This document shows positions 29,366 to 42,705 of a DNA stretch of 64,000 nucleotides, piece by piece. The DNA is taken from positions 21,452,001 through 21,516,000 of the forward strand of contig OZ024748.1 in assembly GCA_964016885.1 (NCBI GenBank). The letters run 5' to 3'. The stretch's first letter is position 1, and each line of letters begins with the position of its first letter. The translations under genes were made by a program, and so were the position numbers. The notes beneath the pieces are model-generated. The model ran no database searches. It was not told the DNA's origin and was given only the letters and a program-made list of their open reading frames with translations. Source of the DNA: Eledone cirrhosa. Its lineage: Eukaryota.

Positions 29366-30132
29366 TAATGTGTCGTAATAAGTTGTTGGTGAAGGTGGGG
29401 TAGGGTAGGAGGAGAGGTGTGGCTGGTGTGTGTGTGTGCATGTTTGTCTGTCTGTCTGTGTGTGCATATATGTATGTGTGTGTATGTGTGTGTCTGCGTA
29501 TGTGTGTGCATTTCTGTGTGTATGTGTCTATGTATGTCGTGTGTGTGTGTGCATGTTTGTCTCTGTGTGCATGTTTGTCTGTCTGTGTGTGTGCATATAT
29601 GTATGTGTATGCATGTGTGTCTGTATGTGTGTACGTGTCTGAACGTGTGTGTATGTATCTGTATGTGTGTATATGTGTGTTTGTGTATGTGTCTGTGCAT
29701 GTGTGTGTGTGTGTGTGTATGCTTGTCTCTGTGTCTGCATATGTGTGTGCATTTTTGTATGTCTGTGTGTATGTACCTGTGTATGTGGGTGTGTACATAT
29801 GTTTGTGTATGTGTGTATATGTGTGTGTGTGCATGTTTGTCTCTGTCTGTGTGTGTGTGCATATATGCATGTGTGTATGTATATTTGGAGATGCTATATA
29901 TGTAGGTGTAGTTGTGTGTATTTGGGGATGTATATAGGTAGCTTTGTGTTTGTAAATATTATGTATGTATGTGTCTGTGTGTGTATGTAAATATTATGTT
30001 GTATGTATGTGTTTGTGTGTGTATGTAAATGTGTTTGAAAATGTTGTCAGTATGTGGATTTGTGTGTGTGTATTTATACATTTAATGTATGCATGTGTTT
30101 GTAGGTCTTAAAATTGTATCTGTGCATGTGTT

Positions 30133-30169
<37 letters not shown>

Positions 30170-31072
30170 ATGAATGTAGTTTTGAATGTGTATTTCTGTG
30201 TGTATGCAGGAATGTATACATGTGTATGTATGAACATGTCTCTCTATTGTGTGTGTGTGTGTATGTGTCTATGTAATGTATATGTGTGTGTGTAATATGT
30301 ATGTTTCCGTTATGTATGTAATGTGTATGTCTTTGTAATGTGTGTATGTAATGTGTCTGTGTATGTATGTATGTAATGTGTGTGTGTGTATATGTAATAT
30401 GTATCTGTGTGTGTGTATGTAGTGTGTATATCTTTGTAATGTGTTTATGTCTCTGTAATATGTATGTGTGTATGTATCAGCCACCAACATCAACTGGCTA
30501 TTAACTTTTGGCAAGAAGTAAGAATGGATTGATTTAATGGTATTGTGGTGGTAGTAGTGGTATGATGGTGGTGGTGTGATGGTGGTAGCAGTGGTATGAT
30601 GGTGGTAGCAGTGGTATGATGGTGGTATGATAGTGGTGGCAGTCGTGGTATGATGGTGGTAGTAGCAGTGGTGGTAGTGGTATGATAGTGGTAGCAGTGG
30701 TGGTATGATGGAGGTATGATAGTGTTGGCAGTGGTGGTATGATAGTGGTAGCGATGATGGTGGTAGTGATGATGGTGGTGGTGGTAGTGGTGGTGGTAGT
30801 AATAATATTCTAAAGTAATGATGTCAGTAGTGGTAGTAGTGTTGTTTGTCTGTAGTAATGGAGGGCGGTAGTTTGTGTGGTGGTGGTGGTGGTGGTTGCA
30901 GTAGTGTTGTAAAGTGATGATAGCAGTGGGTGTTGTTTTGGGAGGTAGTGATGGTTGTAAGGTGTTATGATGCTGGTGGATTTGTTGTTATTTAACCCTA
31001 GGTCACTTCTGATTGAGTAGTCTTATGATCAAATGTATTTGGAGCTATAACCATCCTATGTATATACATATC

Positions 31073-31410
31073 ATCATCATCATTTCATTTTACGTTCGCT
31101 TTTCCCTGCTTGCAAGGGTGGGACGGGAACTGATTCTGGCTTGATTTCTACAGCTGGATGCCCTTCCTAACACCAACCTCATTTACAGTGAGTGCTGGGT
31201 GCTTTTTTGCCGTGGCACCTCCACAACCAGTTTGCAGTGGAATGATATGGACCCCAGTCCCTATCATCTCATTTCTACAGCTGAGTAAACTGGAGCAATG
31301 TGAAATAAAGTGTCTTGCTCAAGGAAACAACACATCACCCGGTCTGAGAATTGAACTCACAACCTTTCGATTGCAAGGCCAATGCTCTAACCACTAAGCC
31401 ATGTGCCTCC
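31073..31410 (-). mobile_element. tRNA-headed CORE-type SINE
   Basis: Reverse complement of the 3330-3667 family. Confidence 0.85.
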
Positions 31411-31419
31411 ATCGGGTTT

Positions 31420-31469
<50 letters not shown>

Positions 31470-31604
31470 GACCACATTATGGGTTATTTTTGAAATTATT
31501 TAAATATCTTAAGCAATGTCTTCCATTGGAAATATGGTAAGAAAAGAGTTGAGAATCAGGTCATAGACAGGCACTGTAAGAATACGTGATGCCAGCCTCA
31601 CCTG

Positions 31605-32312
31605 TGTCATGGTCGTAGTCATGACACTAGTGGTCATAGCCATGGTCGTGGTGGTCATAGTGGTCGTGGCCATAGTCGTAGTTGTGGTGGTCATAGTAGT
31701 CGTAGTTTTGGTGATCATAGTGATCGTAGTTGTGTTGGTCATAGTTATAGTGGTCATGGTGGTCGTGGTTGTGATCATAGTCATAGTTATGAAGGTCATA
31801 GTTGTAGTGGTTATAGTTGTGGAGGTCATAGTTGTGGTGGTCATAGTTGTGGTGGTCGTAGTGGTCATAGTTGTGATCGTAGTCCTAGTTGTGGTCATCG
31901 TGGTTGTGATCACATTGGTTGTGGTCATCGTGGTTGTGATGACAGTAGTTGTGGTCATTGTGGTTGTGATCACAGTAGTTGTGGTCATCATGGTTGTGAT
32001 CACTGGTTGTGGTCATCGTGGTTGTAATCACATTGGTTGTGGTCATCGTGGTTGTGATCACATTGGTTGTGATGACAGTGGTTGTGGTCATCGTGGTTGT
32101 AATCACAGTGGTTGTGGTCATCGTGGTTGTGATGACAGTGGTTGTGGTCATCGTGGTTGTGATCACTGGTTGTGGTCATCGTGGTTGTGATCACATTGGT
32201 TGTGGTCATCGTGGTTGTAATAACATTGGTTGTGGTCATCGTGGTTGTGATGACAGTGGTTGTAATCACAGTGGTTGTGGTCATCGTGGTTGTAATCATG
32301 GTTGTGGTCATT
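31605..32312. repeat. Degenerate (ggttgtggtcatcgtggttgtgatcaca)n repeat
   Basis: Tandem units of about 30-33 bp. Confidence 0.85.
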
Positions 32313-32590
32313 GTAGACATGAACATATTGTATGTTTTAATCTGTTCTTCTCCCCCCCCCCCACCTTATCTTGTTATTGTATTGAAACATTCTGGTGATC
32401 CACTGTTAGCTTCTTGGGGGGTTTCTGCCATCTTCTTATCACTCAATCCGCTTCCAGATTTGTCGCTCCAGCTTTGCTTTATCTTTCGTCTCTTCTTAGG
32501 CTGAATATTAGTAGTAGTAGTAGTAGTATTGTTGTTTATGAAACAGGAAAAATAAAGTTGTTTAATAAAGAATTATTGTAATCATAGATG

Positions 32591-32631
32591 GTTTCCTTCT
32601 GGAAATCTTGAAACTTCCATCTTCAGGAAAC
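32591..32631 (-). ncRNA. Hammerhead remnant lacking stem III and the cleavage triplet
   Basis: gtttc-CTGAAGA-tggaagt(ttcaag)atttcca-GAA-g-gaaac: stems I and II intact, the A15.1-H17 segment absent. Confidence 0.5.
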
Positions 32632-32745
32632 ATGAAAAGGAATGGTAAAAATGTCTTCAAGGAACTTAGATTTTTCTCTTAACATATATATAATATTAAC
32701 ATTTTGATTTTGCATTTGTCTGGACAATTTCTTACCATTGAATTT

Positions 32746-32780
<35 letters not shown>

Positions 32781-32905
32781 GGAGGTGAGTTTTATTGTAG
32801 TACAATAAAGCAATGCAGATATCGGATAAGAAGCACTCTACAGTTTGTAGGACTGGAGTATACATAATATATAAGAACAAAAGATGGTTAACAGAGTTCC
32901 ATGTA

Positions 32906-32970
32906 TTTTATTATGCGCATTTCAAAAACAAATATCATCATGCAATAATATTTGTGTTTTCATCAGATAA
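32906..32970 (-). ncRNA. Minimal type I hammerhead ribozyme
   Basis: ttat-CTGATGA-stem II-GAAA-tgcgca-TA-ataa(aa). Confidence 0.8.
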
Positions 32971-33103
32971 CCCCACCTCCCACCCCCCTCAAAATAAAAT
33001 ATTTTTCCCAATATCACACATCAATCTAAAACTACTTTTCATATGTTGATTTAAAACTGCACTATCCACAAGTGTTTTTTAACCTTCATATCATGTCTTC
33101 CTG

Positions 33104-33170
33104 TTTTATCTGATGAAAACACAAATATTATTGCATGATGATATTTGTTTTTGAAATGCGCATAATAAAA
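33104..33170 (+). ncRNA. Minimal type I hammerhead ribozyme
   Basis: ttttat(33104-09)-CTGATGA(33110-16)-aaacacaaatattat/tgcatg/atgatatttgttttt-GAAA(33153-56)-tgcgca-TA-ataaaa(33165-70). Confidence 0.85.
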
Positions 33171-33211
33171 TACATGGAACTCTTTTAACCATCTTTTGTT
33201 CTTATATATTA

Positions 33212-33258
<47 letters not shown>

Positions 33259-33707
33259 AACATGAGAGAAACAGAAGTACAAGTACCGCTCATCGGCTGA
33301 CTTCTTTCGGATCCACAGAAAACAGCCGATGTGTGGAAATTGCCCTTGTGTTTGTGTTTCTCTCATCTTTTCTAAATAATATTTATTGGTAACCACACAG
33401 CGCTTTTTTAATTCATATATATATGAGTGTGTATGTGTGTAAAAGGTAAACAGAAATAACGACACAATCGGTACAGTATAAGGAAGGAATATATTAGGTT
33501 AATGCTTGAAATAGCCGGAAGAAAGAATCAGAAATTAGAAAAGAAGAGACGGGCAGGGCGGAATCGGAAATAATGTTTTTAGAGAAAAATAACAGGTCCA
33601 TTCATGTTGACATTTCTTGGAAAACTGTTGATGCTGGTTTTTTGTGTATGATATATTTTTTTAGAAAAGTGGATGATGGAGCACATCTACCTGAAATGGA
33701 AAAAAAA

Positions 33708-33748
<41 letters not shown>

Positions 33749-33841
33749 TCATCATCATCTTCGTTTAACGTCCATCTTCCATGCTAGCATGGGATATATA
33801 TATATATATATAGTTATGTAATAAACAACATAAGGCAATTA

Positions 33842-33901
33842 TTCCATTTACCAGTGGTTTCTTAAAAGCAAAAGATTTTGCTTTCAATCCTCAGAATGAA
33901 A
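33842..33901 (-). ncRNA. Type I hammerhead ribozyme (mirror copy)
   Basis: Exact reverse complement of 33915-33974. Confidence 0.8.
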
Positions 33902-33914
33902 AAATCCTGGTCTT

Positions 33915-33974
33915 TTTCATTCTGAGGATTGAAAGCAAAATCTTTTGCTTTTAAGAAACCACTGGTAAATGGAA
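33915..33974 (+). ncRNA. Type I hammerhead ribozyme
   Basis: tttcatt-CTGAGGA-ttgaaagcaaaa(tc)ttttgcttttaa-GAAA-cc(act)gg-TA-aatggaa; GUA cleavage triplet. Confidence 0.85.
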
Positions 33975-34149
33975 TAATTGCCTTATGTTGTTTATTACAG
34001 AACTATTAAGCTCTGTTACCTACATAGAGCACTCTTTTTTCCTGGACTTTTCCGACGGAATTACTTCATTTACACACACATATATATATATATATATATA
34101 TTTACATATATATACATAATTCAATATGGATACAGTAAAACACTGTTTA

Positions 34150-34300
34150 GACCATTACTCACCAGAGTACTCAATACTTGGGGAAGTAGAGTATGGTTGT
34201 ATGAAAGAGGTATGACCCCGATGGCTGAACTCTTGCTGTTTCAACAGCTAGTTCTTGACTGGAACTAGCTGTTGAAACGACAAGAGCTTGGTCAGTAGAG
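34150..34300 (-). mobile_element. Fold-back half-hammerhead element, diverged copy 3
   Basis: accagagtactcaatactt...tatgaccccgatggctg...tttcaacagctagttc / gaactagctgttgaaac; centre near 34258. Confidence 0.6.
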
Positions 34301-34321
34301 TCCCCCCCCCCCCGACTCTTT

Positions 34322-34367
<46 letters not shown>

Positions 34368-34370
<3 letters not shown>

Positions 34371-34745
34371 TCATCATCATCATCAACGTTTAACGTCCGT
34401 GTTCCACGCTTGCATGGGTTTGGACGGGGGTTTTCCCACTTGAGGCAAGAGTGATTGTCTTGCTCGCATAGGACTGTCTGGCAGGTTTTCTACAGTTGGA
34501 TGCCCTTCCTAACACCAACCACATTTACAGTGTGGGTCTGGGAGGTTTTTACCGTGTTGCCTACACGGCCACATTACAGCGGGGACTGTGTGTTTTTTTG
34601 TCGTGACACCTACACGATCTCATTTGTTTCGGCCTGGATGGTGTGGCACCAACATAACTTTACATAGAAGGGGGCGGTGTGGATGGGGTGGGGAGGGGGT
34701 TGTATTTTGTTAGAGATGCCTACTGACTGTAGTAGGTTTTACTAT
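34368..34745 (-). mobile_element. SINE-like element (aggaagggcatcc module, (gat)n tail)
   Basis: Near-identical reverse complement of 52590-53080. Confidence 0.8.
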
Positions 34746-34869
34746 GTAATATATATATATATACGCACACACACACACATTCACAAGGGTGTTCCCAAAA
34801 ATGTATTCACACTTTGAATGGTGATAAAAACAATGTTTATATAGAATATTAAAGTTGTGTGTGTCACCT

Positions 34870-34924
34870 TTCCACAACAATGATGTATGTGTGGCTGTAG
34901 TAGTTACATGTATATGTGTGTATG

Positions 34925-34965
<41 letters not shown>

Positions 34966-35665
34966 ATTGTTACCTTACCACAACAGCATCTGTGTATGAC
35001 TGTAGTAGTTACATGTATAGGTGTGTGACTGTGTGTGTGTGTATTGTTACCTTACCACAACAGCATCTGTGTATGACTGTAGTAGTTACATGTATAGGTG
35101 TGTGACTGTGTGTGTGTGTGTATATGTGTGTCTGTGTTGTCACCTTGCCACATCAGTAATATATATATATATATGACTGCAGTAGTTACAACTGTGTGTG
35201 TGTGTGCGTGTCTGTGTGTGTATATGTGTGTGTCTGTGTTGTCACCTTGCCACATCAGTAATATATATATATATATGACTGCAGTAGTTACAACTATGTG
35301 TGTGTGTGTGTATGTGTGTCTGTGTGTATATATGTGTGTCTGTGTTGTCACCTTGCCACATCAGTAATATATATATATATGACTGCAGTAGTTACAACTA
35401 TGTGTGTGTTTGTGTATATGTGTGTCTGCGTGTATATATGTGTGTGTGTATATGTGTGTCTGCGTGTATATATGTGTGTCTGTGTTGTCACCTTGCCACA
35501 TCAGTAATATATATATATGTCTGTAGTAGTTACAACTGTGTGTGTGTGTGTATATGTGTGTCTGCGTGTATATGTGTGTCTGTGTTGTCACCTTGCCACA
35601 TCAGTAATATATATATATGTCTGTAGTAGTTACACATATATGTGTCTGTGTTATCACCTTGCCAT
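34870..35665. repeat. Compound tandem repeat with units of about 70-130 bp
   Basis: gtcaccttgccacatcagtaat and gtagtagttaca recur. Confidence 0.8.
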
Positions 35666-35809
35666 AACTAATCAGGAACTAATATGTTGTTATTAAACAA
35701 ATGATATTATCTTAATTGCATTAACATGTGTATTTTATAATCCTTTCCTACTTATCACTGTCACAACTTACATATCCTGTATAATATATGAAATAATCTG
35801 TATAGAAAC

Positions 35810-35840
<31 letters not shown>

Positions 35841-35970
35841 ATACAGTAAGGAGAAAAACCCACATATGTATATTTGTGTTCAAATCATAAAGGATGTAAG
35901 AACTTCGTTGGTTTTATATTTCTTGTGATTTGATATATATAATAGTGAAGAGAGAAACATTATATATATA

Positions 35971-36610
35971 CTAGCAGATTTACCCGGTGTTGCCCGGGGT
36001 TTGAAATTATGCTAAGAATATACAGCTAGGAATTAAAAGAAGAAAATTATTTGTCCCCAACCTGTCAAAATAAGCAGAAGTCTTTAATAATTAATGCAAA
36101 TGAATATTTAGTGCAATCTTTGTACACATAAAACTATGTTGATAATGAAGGAAAACACTGAACAGGATGTAATTATACAAATGATTAAAGACAATACACG
36201 TTGCAAATCTGTAAAAAAAACAGGCAGTTTTGCTAAAGTACAAAAAGTTGTAATGAAAACAGAGTTGTATACAAACAAAAAAACAATGAGAGTAGAATAA
36301 GAGAAAATGTATTCTTTGAGAGCATCCTTTGCTGTGTATGGTTAAATTTTGAACTTATAATCCAAAATATCCTGCATGACATATTCATTGGTATGTTTTG
36401 TAATGAGTAAGGTGAAGTCAAGGCAGAGCTGTAATTGATTTTTTATTGCTCAACGTGGATCAATTTGAAAAATGTTTGTGATGTGACCAACTTAGCGACA
36501 GGTGCAACGTGCACAGAAAATTTGGTCAAATTCGGTTCGGAATTGTAAAAGCCTTAGCTGTCCAAAGTTGTCCACAGACACACACACACATCCTCACTTT
36601 TATATATATA
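35971..36610 (-). mobile_element. Non-autonomous Helitron-like element
   Basis: Minus-strand 3' end is the hairpin cccgggcaacaccggg followed by CTAG|T; (CA)n and a TA-rich 5' end. Confidence 0.65.
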
Positions 36611-36908
36611 TATATATATATATTATTCTGGTACCACAAAACATCCAGCCCACACTATAGGTGTCACAACAAAAAGCACCCAGCACACACTATAAATGTG
36701 GTTGGCGTTAGGAAGGTTATCCAGCTATAGAAAACCAGCCAGAAACAGTCCTATATGAGCGAGACACTGTCATCGGACCCGACTTACCTCTAAATGGGAT
36801 AAACCCGTCTAACCCATGCTAGCGTGGAATGATGATGATATACACACACACAGGTATACAAGTTATCCTACTGTACAATGCATTGTGAATCTGTGTAAAT
36901 CTTTAACT

Positions 36909-36982
<74 letters not shown>

Positions 36983-37634
36983 ATATTATGAATGTATATA
37001 TAATTGTTTCTACTTTTGGCACAAGGCCAGCAATTTTTCCAGTGTATTACTGGTACTTTATTTTATCGACCCTGTAAGGATGAAAGGCAAAGTTAACCTC
37101 AGTGGGATTTATATATATATATATATCAAAACACAATTTAAAAAAACTATCTACATGTAAATGAAATTTCATCTTTATATATATATATCTGGGGGGTGTA
37201 TATATATACACACTATATAAACACACACACACACATCAACACATATTTTTTATACAATATACTTTCATGTCTTCTTCCTCTCACAATTGAAACATTTTAT
37301 TTCACTGGGAATTATAGAAATTATTCTAGAAAATTCCAAGATTATCTTTTATTCTGTTTATTGGTTGTTATTTTTCTTGTTTACAAGATTAAGTTTAAAC
37401 ACAAATCTGTTGAGGTAAAACTATTCTTCAACTAATAAACATACCTGAATGTGTGGGTGTATGTGTGTGTGTATATATGTGTATGTACATATGTTTGTGT
37501 AAATATATGTATAAATTTATGTATATGCTTATATATATATATGTATGTGTGTGCATGTATATGCATGCATATATATATATATGTGCATGCATATATGTAT
37601 GTATGTGTATGCATGTCTATATATATATCATTAA

Positions 37635-37960
37635 TCAGTATACACTGAGGATGAAAAACTCAGAGCTGTATGGGAGCATCCCAAAAGTCAGCTCAAAAGT
37701 GACACAGAGGAGACTGAGGTTGGCTGGACATGCCCACCGACATCCAGAGTTGACATTGCACTCAGTGCTCCTTTGGGAGCCCCTACATGGACACACTAGA
37801 AGAGGAAGACCAAGGTTAACATATGTTGATGCCCTAAGGACAGACACTGGTCTGTTGGAGATGCAGGATATGGCAGCGATAATGAGGGACAGAGACCGCT
37901 GGAGAGAACTCGTCCATGGATCTCGGGAATTTTACCCGCCTTAGATAGATAGATGTATTA
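37635..37960 (+). pseudogene. RTE-clade LINE 3' end fragment
   Basis: RRLRLAGHAHRH...RRGRPRLTYVD...DRDRWRELV-stop; (taga)n tail. Confidence 0.85.
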
Positions 37961-39059
37961 GATGTAATATGCGTCTGTATATGTATCTTTAGATGTAAGT
38001 GTACATACGTGTGTGTATGTGTATGAGATGTGTATGTGTGTGCATGTGTTAGTGTAGCTGTGTGTGTGTGTATATGTCATAATGTTGACCATCCTGTTAA
38101 GCCTGTATAAATAAGGTTAATTTACCTCATTAAGTCAATCATATCTACCATCTCAGATATCTATTACAATTGGAAGGAGAATGGTGTGTGGCACATACAC
38201 ACACACATACATACATACATACATACACATATACACATATATACACATATATACACATAAGCATACATAAATATATATACACACATACATACATACACAT
38301 ATATGCACATAAACATACATACACACATAAACATACATACACATATATACACATAAACATACATATACATATATGCACATAAACATACATACACATATAT
38401 ACACACATACATACACATATACACATAAACATACACATATATACACAAACATACATACACATATATACACACATATATACACACATACATACACATATAT
38501 ACACACATACATACATACACATATATGCACATAAACATTCATACACATATATGCACATAAAAATACATACACATATATACACACATACATACATACACAT
38601 ATATACACATAAACATACACATATATGCACACATACATACACATATATACACATAAACATACATACACACATACACAGACATACATACATACACATATAT
38701 ACACAAACATACATACACATATATACACACATATATACATACACATATATACACACATACATACATACACATATATACACACATACATACATACACGTAT
38801 ATGCACATAAACATACATACACATATATACACATAAACATACATAAACATATATACACATAAACATACATACACATATATACACATAAACATACATACAC
38901 ATATATGCACATAAACATACATACACATATATGCACATAAACATACATACACACATATGCACATAAACATACATACACATAAACGTACACACACATATAT
39001 GCACATAAACATACATATACATATACACACATACATACACAATTACACCTCTCAAAGGC

Positions 39060-39430
39060 GATGACACACGACCGTGACCTCTGGCGTTGCGCAGTAATAC
39101 AGATATACCCAACCTCCCATGGGTACAAGCTGAAGCATATATATACAATATGTCCCCACACCCTCCCACTGCAAAGTGGTCGTGGAGGTGCCACGGCAAA
39201 AAAGCACCCAGCCCACACTGTAAAGTGGACATGTAGGCGCCACAGAAAAAAGCACCCAACACTTACTGTAAATGAGGTTGGTGTTAGGAAGGGTATCCAG
39301 CTGTAGAAATCAAGCCAAAATCAGTTCTTGTATGAGCAAGGCATGGTCAGCCGACCACACACTGCCCACAACAGGACAACCCGTCTAACCCATGCTAGCA
39401 TGGAAGAACGTCCGTAAAACGATGATGATA
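39060..39430 (+). mobile_element. SINE-like element (aggaagggcatcc family)
   Basis: Shares aaaagcaccc...gttaggaaggg...aacccatgctagc...(gat)n. Confidence 0.7.
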
Positions 39431-39592
39431 CACATATATGCACACATTCATACATACACAAATATACTCATAAACATACATACACATATATGCACATAAA
39501 CATACATACACATATATGCACATAAACATACATACACATATATACACATAAACATACATACACATAAATATAAAAATATATGTATGTGTGTG

Positions 39593-39626
<34 letters not shown>

Positions 39627-39680
39627 CGCGTATATATTGTTAGACTTTGGGAGGTTCATACTGCCAATAAAACATACAAA

Positions 39681-39713
<33 letters not shown>

Positions 39714-39716
<3 letters not shown>

Positions 39717-40230
39717 GCAGTGGTACCCGGCGTTGCACGGGATAAAGTAATGTGAAATATATAACCGTCTTAGCTAAGCTTAGTATTGCCACAATCACGG
39801 CTGGCAAAGAAGTAAGGGTCTGATGGTATGTAAGTAAGCAACACTGTGGCTTAAAACGTGAGGAAGAAGTTGTGTGCACTTACCAACTGTTTGGGGAATG
39901 AGTGTGAGATTTGTCTTGAGCAAGGGTGGCAGAATAACCGGTTGCAGCAGACAGCTAGACATACAGACAGATATTATAAGGGCGTGACGTTATATGTATG
40001 TATCTATCTAAAAAGAGAAAGACTAAGAATTATAGAGAGAGATCGCTAAATCGCCTAATGCAGTCCCTAGGGCATAGAAAATTTGAAATTTTTTTTGCTC
40101 AGAACACTCCCTGAAACATAAGTATTACATTTGTAAAGTTTGAAAACAGTCGGTTGGGTGCTTCTCTAGTTTTAGGGATTCATACTCACATACACAGGCA
40201 GACATCTTCAGTTTTATATATATTGATATA
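39714..40230 (-). mobile_element. Non-autonomous Helitron-like element
   Basis: tagcagtggtacccggcgttgcacggg terminal hairpin; other end cagacatcttcagttttatatat. Confidence 0.6.
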
Positions 40231-41854
40231 TATATATACACACACATATACTTATGTGTGTGTGTACATACAGACACACGTGTTCACATACATACATACA
40301 CACGTGTTCACATACATACATACACATGTGTTCACATACATACATACATACATACAGATACACATCTATGCTCACTCAAAGACACACGTACATGCACTAG
40401 CACTTTCACATACAGACTCAAACATATTTATGTAGATTAATATAGGCACACACATACACACGATCACATACACACATGCACCCATACATATATACACACA
40501 AGCACCCACACACATACACACACAAGCACCCACACACATACACACACAAGCACCCACACACATACACACACAAGCACCCACACACATACACACACAAGCA
40601 CCCACACACATATCACACAAGCACTCAGATACATATACACATGAGCACCCACTCACATACACACGGGCACCCACACACACACACACGAGAACCCACACAC
40701 ATACACGAGAACCCACACACATACACGAGCACACACACATACACACCTGCACCCCACATGCATACACACGAGCACCCACACACATACACACGAGCACCCA
40801 CACACATATCACACGAACACCCACTCACATACACACGAGCACCCACTCACATACACACGAGCACCCACATGCATACACACGAGCACCCACACACATACAC
40901 ACGAGCACCCACACACATACACACGAGCACCCACACACATACACACGAGCACCCACACACATATCACACGAGCACACACATACTCATGCACCCACACACA
41001 TACACACGAACACCCACTCACATACACACGAGCACCCACACACATATACACACATGCACCTACACACATACACACATACACATGAGCACATATGCATACA
41101 CACGAGCACCCACACACATACACACGAGCACCCACACACACATATCACACGAGCACACACATACTCATGCACCCACACACATACACACGAACACCCACTC
41201 ACATACACACGAGCACCCCACTCGCATACACACATGCACATACACACACATACACACATGCACCAACACGCACATGCACATACACATTCACCCACACACA
41301 CATACACACGAACACCCACTCACATACACACGAGCACCCACACACACATACACACATGCACCCACACACATACACATGCACCCACACACATACACATACA
41401 CTCATGCACCCACATACACACATGCACCCACACACATACACACATGCAGCCACACACACATATCACACGAGCACCCACATACACACGAGCACCCACACAC
41501 ATACACATACACTCATGCACTCATGCAGCCACACACATACACTCATGCAGCCACACACATACACTCATGCAGCCACACACATACACACATGCAGCCACAC
41601 ACATACACACATGCACCCACACACATACACACATGCAGCCACACACACACACACACACATGCAGCCACACACACTGACACAGGGCAACACATGCACCACT
41701 GTTTCTACAGGTGTTCCTACATATGAAACATTCAACTATGATGTAGACATCTTTTGTTTTGTTTTTTCCCAGTATTAAATATCCATATTAACTTTTCTAC
41801 TTGAATATATCATAGCTTTGATATTATCTGTGGTTACAACGTCCAGCATCGTGT

Positions 41855-42705
41855 ACTGGCGGTATCGGTAGCATGTCGGACGCCATGCTTTGCAGCATAG
41901 AGTTTCGCCCATTTACGGTCTGAGTTCAAATGCCGTCAAGGTTAACTTTGCCTTTCATCCTTACGGGGTCGATAAAATAAAGTACCAGTCATGCACTGGG
42001 GTCGATTTAATCGACTTTCCCCTCCACCCGAAATTGCTGGCCCTGTGCCTAAATAAGGAACCATTATTATTATTTTTATTATTAAAAGGGCGGTGGATTG
42101 GCAGTATCGGTAGACACCATGCTTTCCAGCATAGTTATGTCCTTTTATGGTCTGAGTTCAAATCCCGTCGGGGTTAACTTTACCTTTCATCCTTACGGGG
42201 TCGATAAAATAAAGTACCAGTAATGTACTGGGTAATTGCTGGCCTTGTGCCAAAAAGTAAAAACAATTATTATTATTGGGACTGAGTTCAAATCCCGCCG
42301 AGGTTGACTTTGCCTTTCATCCTTACGGGGTCGATAAAATAAAGTACCAGTAATACACTGGGTAATTTGCTGGCCTTGTGCCTAAAGTAGAAACAATTAT
42401 TATTACTATTATTAATTTTATTGCCCATAATTATTGCCCATTATTATTGCTTTACCGAGCACAGCTGTGTGCGCCTTGGGTATGATCAGTGTAGTTTTTG
42501 CTATCTATTTTGGCAGTGGATTGGCAGTATCAGTAGAGGATCGGATGCTGTGCTTTGCATCATAGGGTTACGGCCCTTTACGGTCTGGGTTCAAATCCTG
42601 CCACTGTTAACTTTGCCTTTCATCCTTACAGGGTCGATAAAATAAAGTACCAGTAATGCACTGATATAATTGCTGGCCTTGTGCCAAAAATAGAAACAAT
42701 TATTA
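41855..42705 (+). mobile_element. Head-to-tail cluster of 4 gcctttcatcc-family SINEs
   Basis: gttcaaat...ctttcatccttac.gggtcgataaaataaagtaccag at ~41925, 42155, 42285 and 42590, each ending in (att)n. Confidence 0.85.

Larger units (their letters stand above)
32777..33212. mobile_element. PLE-type terminus with inverted partial pLTR pair, inserted in (TA)n
   Basis: 107 bp arms 32864-32970 and 33106-33212 (1 mismatch); 135 bp spacer; each arm holds an HHR; the minus copy has ~90 bp of extra 3' tail. Confidence 0.75.
33817..33999. repeat. Perfect 87 bp-arm palindrome (9 nt loop) carrying two divergent hammerheads
   Basis: Arms 33817-33903 and 33913-33999. Confidence 0.92.
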
